Below, piece by piece: positions 9,181 to 18,534 of a stretch of 64,000 nucleotides of DNA (position 1 is its first letter; each line of letters begins with the position of its first letter). The position numbers and the translations under genes are program-made. The stretch lies in the NCBI RefSeq assembly GCF_029250625.1, contig NZ_JAQXEX010000036.1, one strand, 5' to 3'. Source of the DNA: Poseidonia sp. (GTDB lineage: Archaea > Thermoplasmatota > Poseidoniia > Poseidoniales > Poseidoniaceae). Below the pieces are notes generated by a model that worked only from the letters and a program-made list of their open reading frames with translations, was not told where the DNA came from and searched no databases.

Positions 9181-10290
9181 TCAAGGGATTTCGTCGAATT
9201 GGTAGCCGAGCTCCCATTTCTTCTCACCAAGAGCGACTTCCATCTCAAAAGGCGTAATCAAAGGTTTACGGTACTTCACGGCGTCATCAATGGCGATACG
9301 TGGGCACGCTGTATTCACAAATGCGTCCACTGGATAGAAATCAATCAGTTCTGGACCGACGTGTTCCAAGGCAAGCAGGTAACCTTTCTTACCGTGTTTT
9401 GCAAGCATCCTTTTCATGCGTAGTGCGAGTGTGCGTCGCATCTGGCCTGGTTTTTCTCCAATGAGGATTCCGAACGTCTGTGCTTCTTGTACGCTCATGA
9501 TGAGGCCGAAGCGTTGGCGAAGAATTCGTTCAATGCGTTGGAGTGACATCTCTTCTGCGTCACCGGTGTACGGGTCAAGCATTGCAAGGGGCTTGCCAGT
9601 ATGAAGGACGAGCCCGATGGGGTGGAAATCTCCGCTTCCGAGGAACAAATAATGACCGATGCTTGGATCGTCACCCGAATAATTGCAGCCGAGGACTTGG
9701 CCGGGGAACGAAAGACGGGCGCCGCCGATGGGTATGGTGACATCAAATCCAGCCTGTTCGAGGCGGTCGTGGTATTCCGGTAGGAGGTGAAGGTGTTGGA
9801 TGGACCCAACAAGGCCCAGTTTGGTACCGGTTAGGGGCGCCATGCGTCCGACTGCATCCATGAACCGCTCTTGAGCTTCTTCTTCGCTAAGGCCGTCCGT
9901 GTTGGATTGCTGAGTCATTCGTTCTTGAGCCATGGCGCGATGTTGATTCAGCCATGGAAGGACTGGGGAAAGTTCGGGGTCGCCGTCGTACGTGACGTTG
10001 ATGAACTGCGTCGGCATTCCCGAATCAATGTTCATTTGGGAATGGCCCATGTGAGCTACCAATTCAACGCCCATCAGTTGCATTTTGTCGTGGACGAGGT
10101 CACAAGCGCCGTAGCAAGGGTCTGCTGCGAGTACGACTTGAGCGCTGGTTTCAGTTTCGATGGTATCCATCATCTCGAGGGCTTGCATTTTGAGCCCTTC
10201 AGGCACTTGGAGTGCAATCAAACGGTTATCATTGGTGCGGATGCGCTCCATGAGTTCATCCAATTCAAAGTCGTGTCGGTCCAGGTCCAT
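9181..10290 (-). CDS. dph2: Diphthamide biosynthesis enzyme Dph2 (2-(3-amino-3-carboxypropyl)histidine synthase)
   Basis: LQVPEGLK, CYGACD, GQVLGCN, GDFHP, ACPRIAIDD; three Fe-S cysteines present. Confidence 0.93.
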   Translation of the reverse strand: MDLDRHDFELDELMERIRTNDNRLIALQVPEGLKMQALEMMDTIETETSAQVVLAADPCYGACDLVHDKMQLMGVELVAHMGHSQMNIDSGMPTQFINVTYDGDPELSPVLPWLNQHRAMAQERMTQQSNTDGLSEEEAQERFMDAVGRMAPLTGTKLGLVGSIQHLHLLPEYHDRLEQAGFDVTIPIGGARLSFPGQVLGCNYSGDDPSIGHYLFLGSGDFHPIGLVLHTGKPLAMLDPYTGDAEEMSLQRIERILRQRFGLIMSVQEAQTFGILIGEKPGQMRRTLALRMKRMLAKHGKKGYLLALEHVGPELIDFYPVDAFVNTACPRIAIDDAVKYRKPLITPFEMEVALGEKKWELGYQFDEIP

Positions 10291-10344
10291 GTTGCTCCCC
10301 AACCTAGCGGCGATGCCGCTCCCTCATCAATGCACCCATCAAAA

Positions 10345-10926
10345 TCAAACTTCGTCGTCCAAGAGTACGATGGTCTCACCATCCATGCGTAGACGGACCA
10401 AAGATTGAATTGAAATTTCAGGATAAAGGCCGCGCAGGCGAGTTAAACCGTCACCTTTCTCCACAACTGCGACAATGTGAGTCACCTTTGCTTCTGCTCT
10501 ATGTACGCCTTCAATAACAGCTTCCAATGTTCCACCGGTTGAGAGGACATCGTCAATGATGGCGATGCGTTCGCCTTTTTTGATGTCGTTTAGGAACATG
10601 GCGCCCTTGGAATAACCAGTGGATTGGTCGATCTTAACCTCTCCTTCCAGACCGTAAGTTCGTTTCCTTGCGATGACAAGGGGGACTCCCGTTGACATGC
10701 TCAAAGGGGCAGTAAGAGGAAGGCCCATCGCTTCAATGCCCAACAGGAGGTCAACCTCACCCCAATCGATGCGGTCTCGCGAAAGGTCCGTAATCGCTTG
10801 CAGGATGTCAGGGGACATGCGTGGGACGCCGTCTGTAATTGGGTGGATGAAATAAGGATAATCCCCTTTCCAAATGATCGGGGCTTTCGCTAGACTTTCT
10901 CGCAAGCGTTGCATTGGCTCGTCCAT
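10345..10926 (-). CDS. hpt: Purine phosphoribosyltransferase (archaeal Hpt/Apt-like)
   Basis: YPYFIHPITDGVP, IEAMGLP, PRPP motif IIDDVLSTGGT. Start ATG 10926 with a GAGG RBS. Confidence 0.88.
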   Translation of the reverse strand: MDEPMQRLRESLAKAPIIWKGDYPYFIHPITDGVPRMSPDILQAITDLSRDRIDWGEVDLLLGIEAMGLPLTAPLSMSTGVPLVIARKRTYGLEGEVKIDQSTGYSKGAMFLNDIKKGERIAIIDDVLSTGGTLEAVIEGVHRAEAKVTHIVAVVEKGDGLTRLRGLYPEISIQSLVRLRMDGETIVLLDDEV

Positions 10927-10957
10927 GACCTCACGAATCGTTGTCTGTTTATCATCC

Positions 10958-10980
10958 TTCAGCGGCAAAGCGGCGCTGAA
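10958..10980. terminator. Intergenic hairpin TTCAGCG-N9-CGCTGAA between the gcvH-like gene and hpt
   Basis: 7-bp perfect inverted repeat; function (terminator or processing site) not established. Confidence 0.3.
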
Positions 10981-11002
10981 CACTGATGTTCCTGGTTGAT
11001 GC

Positions 11003-11428
11003 TCAAAGTTCGGCGAGGTATTCGACGTATTCGTCGGGTTCCAGCAGGTTTTCCAAAACTTGCTTGTCATCTGGATTCATTTTGAGTTCATGGGGTTCGA
11101 GTAGAATGACCCACCCATGGTCGTAAGCTGAGTCGTTGACCAAATCAGGGCTGATCTCAACTTCGCCGTTAACATCGGAGATGATTCCAGCAAAAGGCGA
11201 CGTGAGTGAAATTTTCTCGTCAGCAGTCCAAAGCGAGAACATGCTGCCGCCTTCGTCAATCTCTGTTTCAGCCTGAGGTAGAATCACTCGGAGTACATCG
11301 CCGATCTCGACTTTCATGTACTCACTGACTCCAATCATCAGTTTCTGGTCTTTCTGTTGATACCACAGATGGTCCAACGAATATTTCCTGTTGTGTGCAA
11401 TAGCAAATTCCACGATTTCCTCATCCAT
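11003..11428 (-). CDS. gcvH: Glycine cleavage H-protein-like (lipoyl Lys apparently absent)
   Basis: YSLDHLW, IGVSEY, SPFAG.I..VN, PDLVNDSAYDHGW, LLEPDEY. Start ATG 11428. Confidence 0.8.
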   Translation of the reverse strand: MDEEIVEFAIAHNRKYSLDHLWYQQKDQKLMIGVSEYMKVEIGDVLRVILPQAETEIDEGGSMFSLWTADEKISLTSPFAGIISDVNGEVEISPDLVNDSAYDHGWVILLEPHELKMNPDDKQVLENLLEPDEYVEYLAEL

Positions 11429-11548
11429 GGTTTTCCCTCTACGCCTCGGCTCACGCGGGGGGTATATGAAGGGTGAGGGGAATTGTTGCAATGAAAATAA
11501 AACAAACGGGTTAAGAAACTCGGCATCTTGGCATTGGTTGGTGGCCCA

Positions 11549-12718
11549 ATGAACTTTCAAGAAACCGACGAGCAACAAATGATTCGTGAAATGGTCCGTG
11601 ACTTCGCTGAAACAGTGCTTGCTCCCACCGTAGAGCATCGAGACAAGCACCAAATCCCTCCTTCAGAGGCATGGGAATCGTTCATGGAATTCGGCCTTCA
11701 AAGCATTACGATCCCCGAAGAATACGGAGGTTCTCCGGTTGATGACATCTCCGAAGCCATCATCATCGAAGAACTCGCCCGCGTTGACCCCTCGTTTGCG
11801 GTGATGTACTGTGTTCATGTCGGCCTTTGCTCAATGACCATCGCCCTTCACGGAGATGAATCGCAAAAGAAAGCTTACCTTCCAAGGCTTGCTGCAGGTG
11901 AAGTGGGAGCTTACTCACTCTCCGAATCCGGTGCTGGAACCGATGCTGCAGCTATGGTTTGCAAGGCAAAACTCTCTGAAGATGGAACCCATTATGTTCT
12001 CAACGGAGAAAAAATGTGGGTGACAAACGGTGCTCAAGCCAAAATTCTCGTCCTCTTCGCCAAGGACGTTGACCATCCGGATTACGGCGTGAAAAAGCAC
12101 GGGGGTACAACGGCCTTCATCATGGAATCAAGTTTCGATGGATACTCGGTCGGCAAGAAGGAAGACAAACTGGGTATCCGCTCGTCAGATACTTGCACGT
12201 TGATTCTCAACGATTGCAAAGTCCCAGTGGAAAACGTGTTGAAAGGCGTAGGGAATGGTTTTCCTATCGCCATGAACGCTCTTGATAACAGCCGAATTGG
12301 TATCGCTGCTCAGGCTCTTGGAATCGCTCAAGGTGCCTACGAAGCCGCTCTCAAATACGCCCACGAGCGCGAAGCGTTCGGTAAGCCCATCGCTCATCAC
12401 CAAATGATCATGGCCTACCTTGCAGACATGGCGACTCAAATCGATGCTGCTCGCCTGATGGTTTACAAAGCAGCATGGACCAAAGAACAGCACTACCACG
12501 CAAACGGACCACGTCACTCTAAAGAAGCCAGTATGGCGAAATTATTCGCAGGCGATACAGCAATGTGGGTTTCGGAGCGAGCCATTCAGGTGCTTGGTGG
12601 CTACGGTTATACCAAGGAATTCCCAGTGGAGCGCTTCTTCCGTGATGCAAAGATCACTCAAATCTATGAGGGGACTCAAGAAGTCCAACGCATCGTAATT
12701 TCGCGGGCATTGAAGTGA
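11549..12718 (+). CDS. Acyl-CoA dehydrogenase (short/branched-chain type)
   Basis: YSLSESGAGTD, NGEKMWVTNG, KLGIRSSDT, GGYGYTKEFPVERFFRDAKITQIYEGT. Confidence 0.95.
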   Translation: MNFQETDEQQMIREMVRDFAETVLAPTVEHRDKHQIPPSEAWESFMEFGLQSITIPEEYGGSPVDDISEAIIIEELARVDPSFAVMYCVHVGLCSMTIALHGDESQKKAYLPRLAAGEVGAYSLSESGAGTDAAAMVCKAKLSEDGTHYVLNGEKMWVTNGAQAKILVLFAKDVDHPDYGVKKHGGTTAFIMESSFDGYSVGKKEDKLGIRSSDTCTLILNDCKVPVENVLKGVGNGFPIAMNALDNSRIGIAAQALGIAQGAYEAALKYAHEREAFGKPIAHHQMIMAYLADMATQIDAARLMVYKAAWTKEQHYHANGPRHSKEASMAKLFAGDTAMWVSERAIQVLGGYGYTKEFPVERFFRDAKITQIYEGTQEVQRIVISRALK

Positions 12719-13780
12719 TTAAAGTTCTTTGCAAATCAGTTCACGAACGGCTACTGACCACATGACCGGTTGAACGGATAGTTCGACGTATTGTCCATTG
12801 ACAAAAGATGGCTCTTCCCTTCGCTTCATCATGACTTGAACCATTGTTCCATCTGCCGACATACACCGGGCAGTATCTCCTCCTCGGCAATCGCCCTCTC
12901 CGAGTAAGGTTTTGCTAACTCCTGTGACCATTCCACTAAACGTGTAGGCCGGTGCGGTTTCAAGAATCTTCAATGCATCACTTCTTAGGCGGGTTTGCTC
13001 AACGGTAGAGATGAGCTCTGACAACTCCCCTGATGCCGTTACAACTGTTGCCTCTTCTGCATCGGATTGAGGTTCCTCAGCGATTTCATCATCCTCTGGC
13101 CATTCCTCTTCCAAAGGCGCTTCTACAGTGATCTCAATGGCGTCAAGGAGTTTTCCGAGAACCGAAAGACTGACCTTGTAAGTACTCGCTTCATCTGGTT
13201 CCAGAATAAACTGGTCGGAATTGGGATGGTCCATTTCTTCTGAAGTCGTTGTAAATGTCTCAGGAGTTGATACTCCATCTTGCAGGATGGTGATGGTGTA
13301 CGATTCAACTTCAATGGAGAATTTTGCCGTGAAACCAATGGGTTGTTCGACCAGATATACCGTTCGTTCGGAAGAGAGTGTTCCAGCGAGCGGAATCTCC
13401 AACTCAAACATGGAGTCCGGAATCTCAAGTCCATTTGCGGCGAGGAATGCCATCCAATCTGCAACAGGTATTCCTGTGGAAGGGTCAGCATCAACGAATG
13501 AAAACATCAGTTCTACGACCCATTCTGGTGGGCGTTCTCCTGTCATCCTTGACAGAATATCTGAAAACTCATCACCCGAAATGATGCCATCTTTGTCTTT
13601 GTCAAGTTCTTGCGTGAGGTTAAGAGCAGACATAGAAGACCCGTTGAGCCATGTGTTGAAGTTTTGATTGAGCAAGCGTGCCATTCGGTTTTGTGCGCTG
13701 ATGCTCTCTATTCTTTGCTTTAGCGCCACGACTTGCCCGTCAAATGTAGGGCGGGGCGGGAGCAAGATCTTCTCTGCCAT
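12719..13780 (-). CDS. EF-hand-containing protein with Ig-like and OB-like C-terminal regions
   Basis: Canonical EF loop DKDKDGIISGDE and a second degenerate loop DADPSTGIPVADW. Confidence 0.65.
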   Translation of the reverse strand: MAEKILLPPRPTFDGQVVALKQRIESISAQNRMARLLNQNFNTWLNGSSMSALNLTQELDKDKDGIISGDEFSDILSRMTGERPPEWVVELMFSFVDADPSTGIPVADWMAFLAANGLEIPDSMFELEIPLAGTLSSERTVYLVEQPIGFTAKFSIEVESYTITILQDGVSTPETFTTTSEEMDHPNSDQFILEPDEASTYKVSLSVLGKLLDAIEITVEAPLEEEWPEDDEIAEEPQSDAEEATVVTASGELSELISTVEQTRLRSDALKILETAPAYTFSGMVTGVSKTLLGEGDCRGGDTARCMSADGTMVQVMMKRREEPSFVNGQYVELSVQPVMWSVAVRELICKEL

Positions 13781-13829
13781 GTAATGAATGCAGAAGCATC
13801 TCTACCATCAATGTGATGCCGCGTTGGTT

Positions 13830-15191
13830 TCAGGGGAATTGAAGCTGTGGCCATTCTAACGGCTCGCCATGCTGCCATGGAATGCGAGAGAGATGGAGTT
13901 CAATGGCGTCAACTTCGGTAATATCGTTCTCAATTTGAATTCGGTGAAGCCAGTTTTTCAGTCGGCCCAAGCGGACTCCCTGTTCAACTCCGGTTCGCTT
14001 CATGATCCAATGGCCATCAACAAGTGATTCACTGGGGGCGTGTTGTGGCCCTAGCGAGGCCCATTTCACTGCAACTTCGGTCATGCTCCCTTTCGAGGGT
14101 TCACGGCCATGAACTAAGGCCGATATCTCAACCAAAAGGTGCTGCAACCGAAGATGAATGTTCGCATCTTCGCCCAAGCAGTAACGGAAGACTCGCAGTG
14201 ATGATGTTCGTGGTTCCGGGATGGTTCCCAGGTTTCGGTGAAACTGAAGGGTTTGATTGAGAAGGGATTTTGGAAGTTTTAGAGCGCCAAGTGAGCGCTT
14301 TACCTCGGATGGGCCAAATTCAACAAGTAGGAAACCCAATCGATGTTTTAGCAACCACGATTCATCAAAGTGTTTCCCGAAAAGGTCCAACAGTTCTGGC
14401 CTTACAAAACGCAAAGAAGGAAGGATGTGTTGTATTGTTCCATCATGGATCATCAGGGCAAGGACGTCTGCGGCATGTCTGCCGTTCATGATTTTCTGGA
14501 ATTCCGTCCATTTGCGCTCAATGGCCACTTTGGTGAGGATTGGTTGCTTTGATTGCATGGCTTGATGGAGGGTTGATTCAAGATGCCACAGTCCCAATTG
14601 CCCCCGGTCAAGAAATCGGTATGCTCGGAAAATACGAAGCCCATCTTCATCACAACGTTGCATTGGGTTGCCAACTGCGCGAACAAGCCGCTTTTCCATG
14701 TCCTTGGTGCCGTTAAAAGGGTCGTAGAGTATTCTTCTGGCCACATCCAGCGCCATGGCGTTGAACGTGAAATCACGACGGCTTAGGTCCTCTTTGAGCG
14801 ATGTTCCCCAAGCGACTTGGTCGGGCCTACGACCGTCTCTGTACATGCCCTCACTTCGTAAGGTTGTCAATTCATAATGTTGGCTTGCCCCCTTGATCGT
14901 TACCGTTCCAAATTCAATGCCGGTAGGGATCGCTTGTTCTCCAAAGAGGTTCATGACTTCTTCCGGAGTGCAGGTTGAACACAGGTCAATATCTCCGCTG
15001 TGTGCGCCGAGTAAAGCATCTCTTACACAACCGCCTACCGCCCATGCTCCGTGGCCGGTTTCAGCGATTCGGTTAAGGATTTCAACGAGGTCATCAGGGA
15101 GGTTCTCAATCCAACGATTGAGTGACTCAGGACATGAGGCGCCAGCGAGCGAGGCCTCTCTTCCAAAATCCAGTTTCCGCTCATTGTTCAT
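13830..15191 (-). CDS. cca: Class II tRNA nucleotidyltransferase (CCA-adding/poly(A) polymerase family)
   Basis: VGGCVRDALLG..DID, FGTV, EDLSRRDFTFNAMA, DPFNG..D, EDGLRIFRAYRF. Confidence 0.88.
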   Translation of the reverse strand: MNNERKLDFGREASLAGASCPESLNRWIENLPDDLVEILNRIAETGHGAWAVGGCVRDALLGAHSGDIDLCSTCTPEEVMNLFGEQAIPTGIEFGTVTIKGASQHYELTTLRSEGMYRDGRRPDQVAWGTSLKEDLSRRDFTFNAMALDVARRILYDPFNGTKDMEKRLVRAVGNPMQRCDEDGLRIFRAYRFLDRGQLGLWHLESTLHQAMQSKQPILTKVAIERKWTEFQKIMNGRHAADVLALMIHDGTIQHILPSLRFVRPELLDLFGKHFDESWLLKHRLGFLLVEFGPSEVKRSLGALKLPKSLLNQTLQFHRNLGTIPEPRTSSLRVFRYCLGEDANIHLRLQHLLVEISALVHGREPSKGSMTEVAVKWASLGPQHAPSESLVDGHWIMKRTGVEQGVRLGRLKNWLHRIQIENDITEVDAIELHLSRIPWQHGEPLEWPQLQFP

Positions 15192-15261
15192 GGGTGCTCA
15201 ATTGAACATGGCGGGCCCACGGTTGAAAAAGCATTATGCCCCAAAGGGTGTTCCCCCCGAC

Positions 15262-15702
15262 ATGGATTGGTCGGAAGACGATGTGGAACTTGTGCCTTTG
15301 AGTTGGTTAAAGGCCCATGAGGCAGTCAAGCCTCGTAACCAAAGGAAGTTACTCGATATGACCCGTCGATGGGGCGGATACACGAAACCGCTCATCGTTG
15401 ACTCCAACACCGGTGCGATTCTTGACGGACATCATCGCCACGCCATCGCCATGGATTTGGGTTTGATTCGGGTCCCTGTTCTTTGTGTCGATTATCTCGG
15501 TGATGATTCGATAAGCGTCGATGTCTGGCCCGCATGCGGTCGTGAAAGCCTCACCAAGGAAGACGTGATTTCCATGAGCCTCTCAGATGATGTATTTCCG
15601 CCCAAAACCAGCAGGCATACGATGGCTGACGATACACCGCCGATTTTTATTCCTCTTGAGGTCCTTCTTGAACCACTTAAGCACGGTCCTGACGCGTCAT
15701 GA
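15262..15702 (+). CDS. Stand-alone ParB/Srx-like N-terminal-domain protein (SbnI/SerK-related fold)
   Basis: LKAHE, PLIVD....ILDGHHR, VP..CVDY, FPPKTSRH. Start ATG 15262, divergent from cca. Confidence 0.75.
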   Translation: MDWSEDDVELVPLSWLKAHEAVKPRNQRKLLDMTRRWGGYTKPLIVDSNTGAILDGHHRHAIAMDLGLIRVPVLCVDYLGDDSISVDVWPACGRESLTKEDVISMSLSDDVFPPKTSRHTMADDTPPIFIPLEVLLEPLKHGPDAS

Positions 15703-17491
15703 TGTATGCTCGCCATGCTGCGTTCCCCTTGCCCGAAAGTTTGACTTCATGCCTTGGAGGTTCAGGCAATTTGATTTCAGTTCTGGCCAACATTCCTTCA
15801 TGAGTGAAATCCAACCGTGCCGTGGTGTTTTGCCGTCCTTTGAGGACCGAAGTAAGGTGGCTCAAGGATTGAATACGCAGTTGGTCGAGTGCGATCAATT
15901 CGTCTCCGACCTGAGTTTTTGTTCGTAGAGGGGAGCCGGAGTGGTACGTTGTGATGATGACCTTTCCCTTTTGGTCTCGGAGTCCAACACCAAGCCATGC
16001 AGTTGGCTCTTCTTCAGATTTTTCCGGTACCATGTCAAGGCGGAAGTATTTCATGGCCTTTTTGATATCCGGCGCCGTTCTATCTTGAACAAGTCGGTCC
16101 AAAAACGGGCCCAAGCTTTTCCCGCCGGGAACCTCTTTCAGGGTCTGTCGTATGGACTTGTAATCAATGCCCTGTTCATTGCTGTTTTCGTACTCAAGGG
16201 CGTAGCGATTGCACAACTCAGCCATGAATTCACAAGCTCCATAATTTCCTTTGCTTCGTTTCTGTAATTCAACATCCAAACACATGATGGCTAACTCGCC
16301 TTCAAGGTAATATGAGATTTGGCTTTCCCTCGTGTAGGGTCCGCTTCTATAGAGGTGTATCCACGCATCATGGCTGGATTCAGAGAGGGATTCTCGATGC
16401 ATGCCGTTCTTGCTTGTATGCCGTTTCATCTTTCGTAGGAAATCCTTTCTCCAATCATCTTCACTCCAAGCCCCTGAGCGTACACAGAGCATATCTCCTA
16501 GCCAAGAAGTTCCCCCTTCAAACCACCAAAGCAAATCCGTGTGAACTTCCTTCTGCAAGTCATAATTCAGGAAATTCTTGGGTCGCAATCGTTTCACGTT
16601 CCATTGATGCAAGTATTCGTGAGAAAAGAGGCTTACAAGATCTCGATATTCATCCGCATGACCTGGATAGAGGCACTTGCGGGGCATCATGGAAGTCTGC
16701 GAGTTGAGGTGTTCCAATCCACCACGACCAGTATCGGTCAAGTGGAGTACAGTGGTGTACGTGCCCCATTTCGGCAAGCCAAAGAGGGCATGATGTTCCT
16801 TGATGATTCGCTCCATGTCAAGAATAAAACAATCAAGACGTTCTTTATTCGGCTGGTGCCCACCGCTGTCCCAAATCTTCAGGTGATGTGTTCTTCCATC
16901 AACGGTATGGGTAAAAGCCTCATTTTCATTGATTTCAATGATTCCGTCCCAGAGGTGGTCTCTATTTGGTGCAGAGAAAATCCACGTCGTTGTCTCAGCA
17001 TTTTTCACCGGTGTTCCCGAGGCCTCAAATTGAGTTGCTGGAGTCCAGTGGGGTGGAGCTGTGAGTTCAATCTCGTGTTGCAAGTTCAATCGCTCTTGGG
17101 AGATTCCTTTCTCGGGCATCATCCAAGTGAACGGGGGCATGAGGTGAAGGTGTGTACTGTCAAGGTGAGTCGAACGGACGCTGAGTTCAGCAGCGAGAAT
17201 GGTGTAGTTCGTCTGTATTGACTCGGTGTTTTGCGGGACTGAAAGTTCAATCCCATCCACGCCAACTCGTTTCCAACGCAGTTCTTTCCCCGCAGACGAA
17301 ACGGCTGAGAAATTGAAGAGATGTTGCATGGGTTCACGCATAAAATACGAACCAGGAACCCACCTTGGGAATCGCAAGACGAGTTTCCGGCCCAAAAATG
17401 GGCCGTTGATTGAAACGCCAACGTGCAAGTGGTGGTGTTTCCCATCTGTAGCATCGGCTGTGAAAGTAAGGCCTGAGTTCTTCGTGCTCAT
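15677..17491 (-). CDS. M61 glycyl aminopeptidase with C-terminal PDZ domain
   Basis: PRWVPGSY, GGLEHLNS, HEYLHQWNVKRLRP, WWFEGGTS, ISYY..G, PDZ-like tail. Confidence 0.92.
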   Translation of the reverse strand: MSTKNSGLTFTADATDGKHHHLHVGVSINGPFLGRKLVLRFPRWVPGSYFMREPMQHLFNFSAVSSAGKELRWKRVGVDGIELSVPQNTESIQTNYTILAAELSVRSTHLDSTHLHLMPPFTWMMPEKGISQERLNLQHEIELTAPPHWTPATQFEASGTPVKNAETTTWIFSAPNRDHLWDGIIEINENEAFTHTVDGRTHHLKIWDSGGHQPNKERLDCFILDMERIIKEHHALFGLPKWGTYTTVLHLTDTGRGGLEHLNSQTSMMPRKCLYPGHADEYRDLVSLFSHEYLHQWNVKRLRPKNFLNYDLQKEVHTDLLWWFEGGTSWLGDMLCVRSGAWSEDDWRKDFLRKMKRHTSKNGMHRESLSESSHDAWIHLYRSGPYTRESQISYYLEGELAIMCLDVELQKRSKGNYGACEFMAELCNRYALEYENSNEQGIDYKSIRQTLKEVPGGKSLGPFLDRLVQDRTAPDIKKAMKYFRLDMVPEKSEEEPTAWLGVGLRDQKGKVIITTYHSGSPLRTKTQVGDELIALDQLRIQSLSHLTSVLKGRQNTTARLDFTHEGMLARTEIKLPEPPRHEVKLSGKGNAAWRAYIMTRQDRA

Positions 17492-18480
17492 GAAGAGAGT
17501 TCATTTGCGGCGGTTGATAGGTTCTCGCACGCCACCATGAGGAGTTCTGGTGGGTTTGTGGCCATGAATTTCTCGACTTGATCGAGCACATCGGGTTCAT
17601 GTGCACGGCCCAATAAACGCTCGAGTAATTTGCTTCGTTCAATCATGTCGACATCTTGATTTCCGATCATATTCCAGCGTAGCTCATCTTCTTTGGCGCC
17701 TTTGCCCATGAGCCAGCGTGCGATGATGGAATGCATGTTTGTATCAATGAGGGTTTGAATGAGGACATCACTGGAATCATCCACGTTCGCCCTGAGGTGC
17801 TTGGTGATGTCGTGGAAATGTTGAGGGCCGAGTTGTTCAGCCAGTTCTGAAAGATTGTTAGGATGATGCTTTGCTATCCAAAGAAACAACTTCACGGTTT
17901 CGGATTGCAAGCCGTAAAAGGGGAGAATCACAGACAATTCAACGGGCTCATCTCTGTCCAAAAGGGCCCGCAATGCCTCAATTTGAACCGATGCAGAATC
18001 ATCGTTCAGTCCATCTCGAAGTTGCTTCTCGCTGCAGGATTGATGCCGCATGGCGAGGCTTCGAATTGCATCATTGGCGTTCTGATGCATGACTTCAATG
18101 TCCTCGGCGTTCCCGTGTGTGAGCAACGCATCAGCAGCTTTTCTACGAACGACTGAATCCTCATCATCAAGCATGACCTTTGCAATGGAGGTTCCATTTC
18201 CGCCCAATGAGTCCAGAAGGTTGGCTCCACATCGGCGGACATTGAGGGAAGGATGAGCGGTTAACTCCTGAACCGCATCAAGTCCTACGATAGGTGCCCA
18301 GCGTCGGTAAGCATCCAAGGCTTTAGACACAAACCAGGAATCTTCATCGTTCAACAACGACTTGAAGGCCTTGAGTGTTTCTGGGTCTTCCAATTCAACC
18401 AAGGTTCGGACCGCTCGCCTTCGGGTTCGTATGTCACGGTGCTTGAGGCGGCCCATGGCCCTGTCAAGTTCCCCTGCCAT
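17488..18480 (-). CDS. HEAT-repeat protein
   Basis: Repeated L.D.D..VR..A...L units. Confidence 0.8.
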   Translation of the reverse strand: MAGELDRAMGRLKHRDIRTRRRAVRTLVELEDPETLKAFKSLLNDEDSWFVSKALDAYRRWAPIVGLDAVQELTAHPSLNVRRCGANLLDSLGGNGTSIAKVMLDDEDSVVRRKAADALLTHGNAEDIEVMHQNANDAIRSLAMRHQSCSEKQLRDGLNDDSASVQIEALRALLDRDEPVELSVILPFYGLQSETVKLFLWIAKHHPNNLSELAEQLGPQHFHDITKHLRANVDDSSDVLIQTLIDTNMHSIIARWLMGKGAKEDELRWNMIGNQDVDMIERSKLLERLLGRAHEPDVLDQVEKFMATNPPELLMVACENLSTAANELSS

Positions 18481-18534
18481 GGTGTGCCCAGTCTGCGCCC
18501 CCTCATAGGGCTGTTCTTTTGACCATGCATCGCT

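Noticed and set aside
14893..15261. N-terminal extension of the ParB-like ORF, and similar extensions at 2332, 7921, 11070, 11653, 19377, 55270 and 58494
   Set aside because: These extensions overlap neighbouring genes or promoters and show no family similarity; downstream ATGs fit better.
16541..17221. Long antisense ORFs (also 33289-33942, 35253-35975, 22080-22664, 49900-50493)
   Set aside because: They are shadows of well-supported genes on the opposite strand and contain no recognisable motifs.
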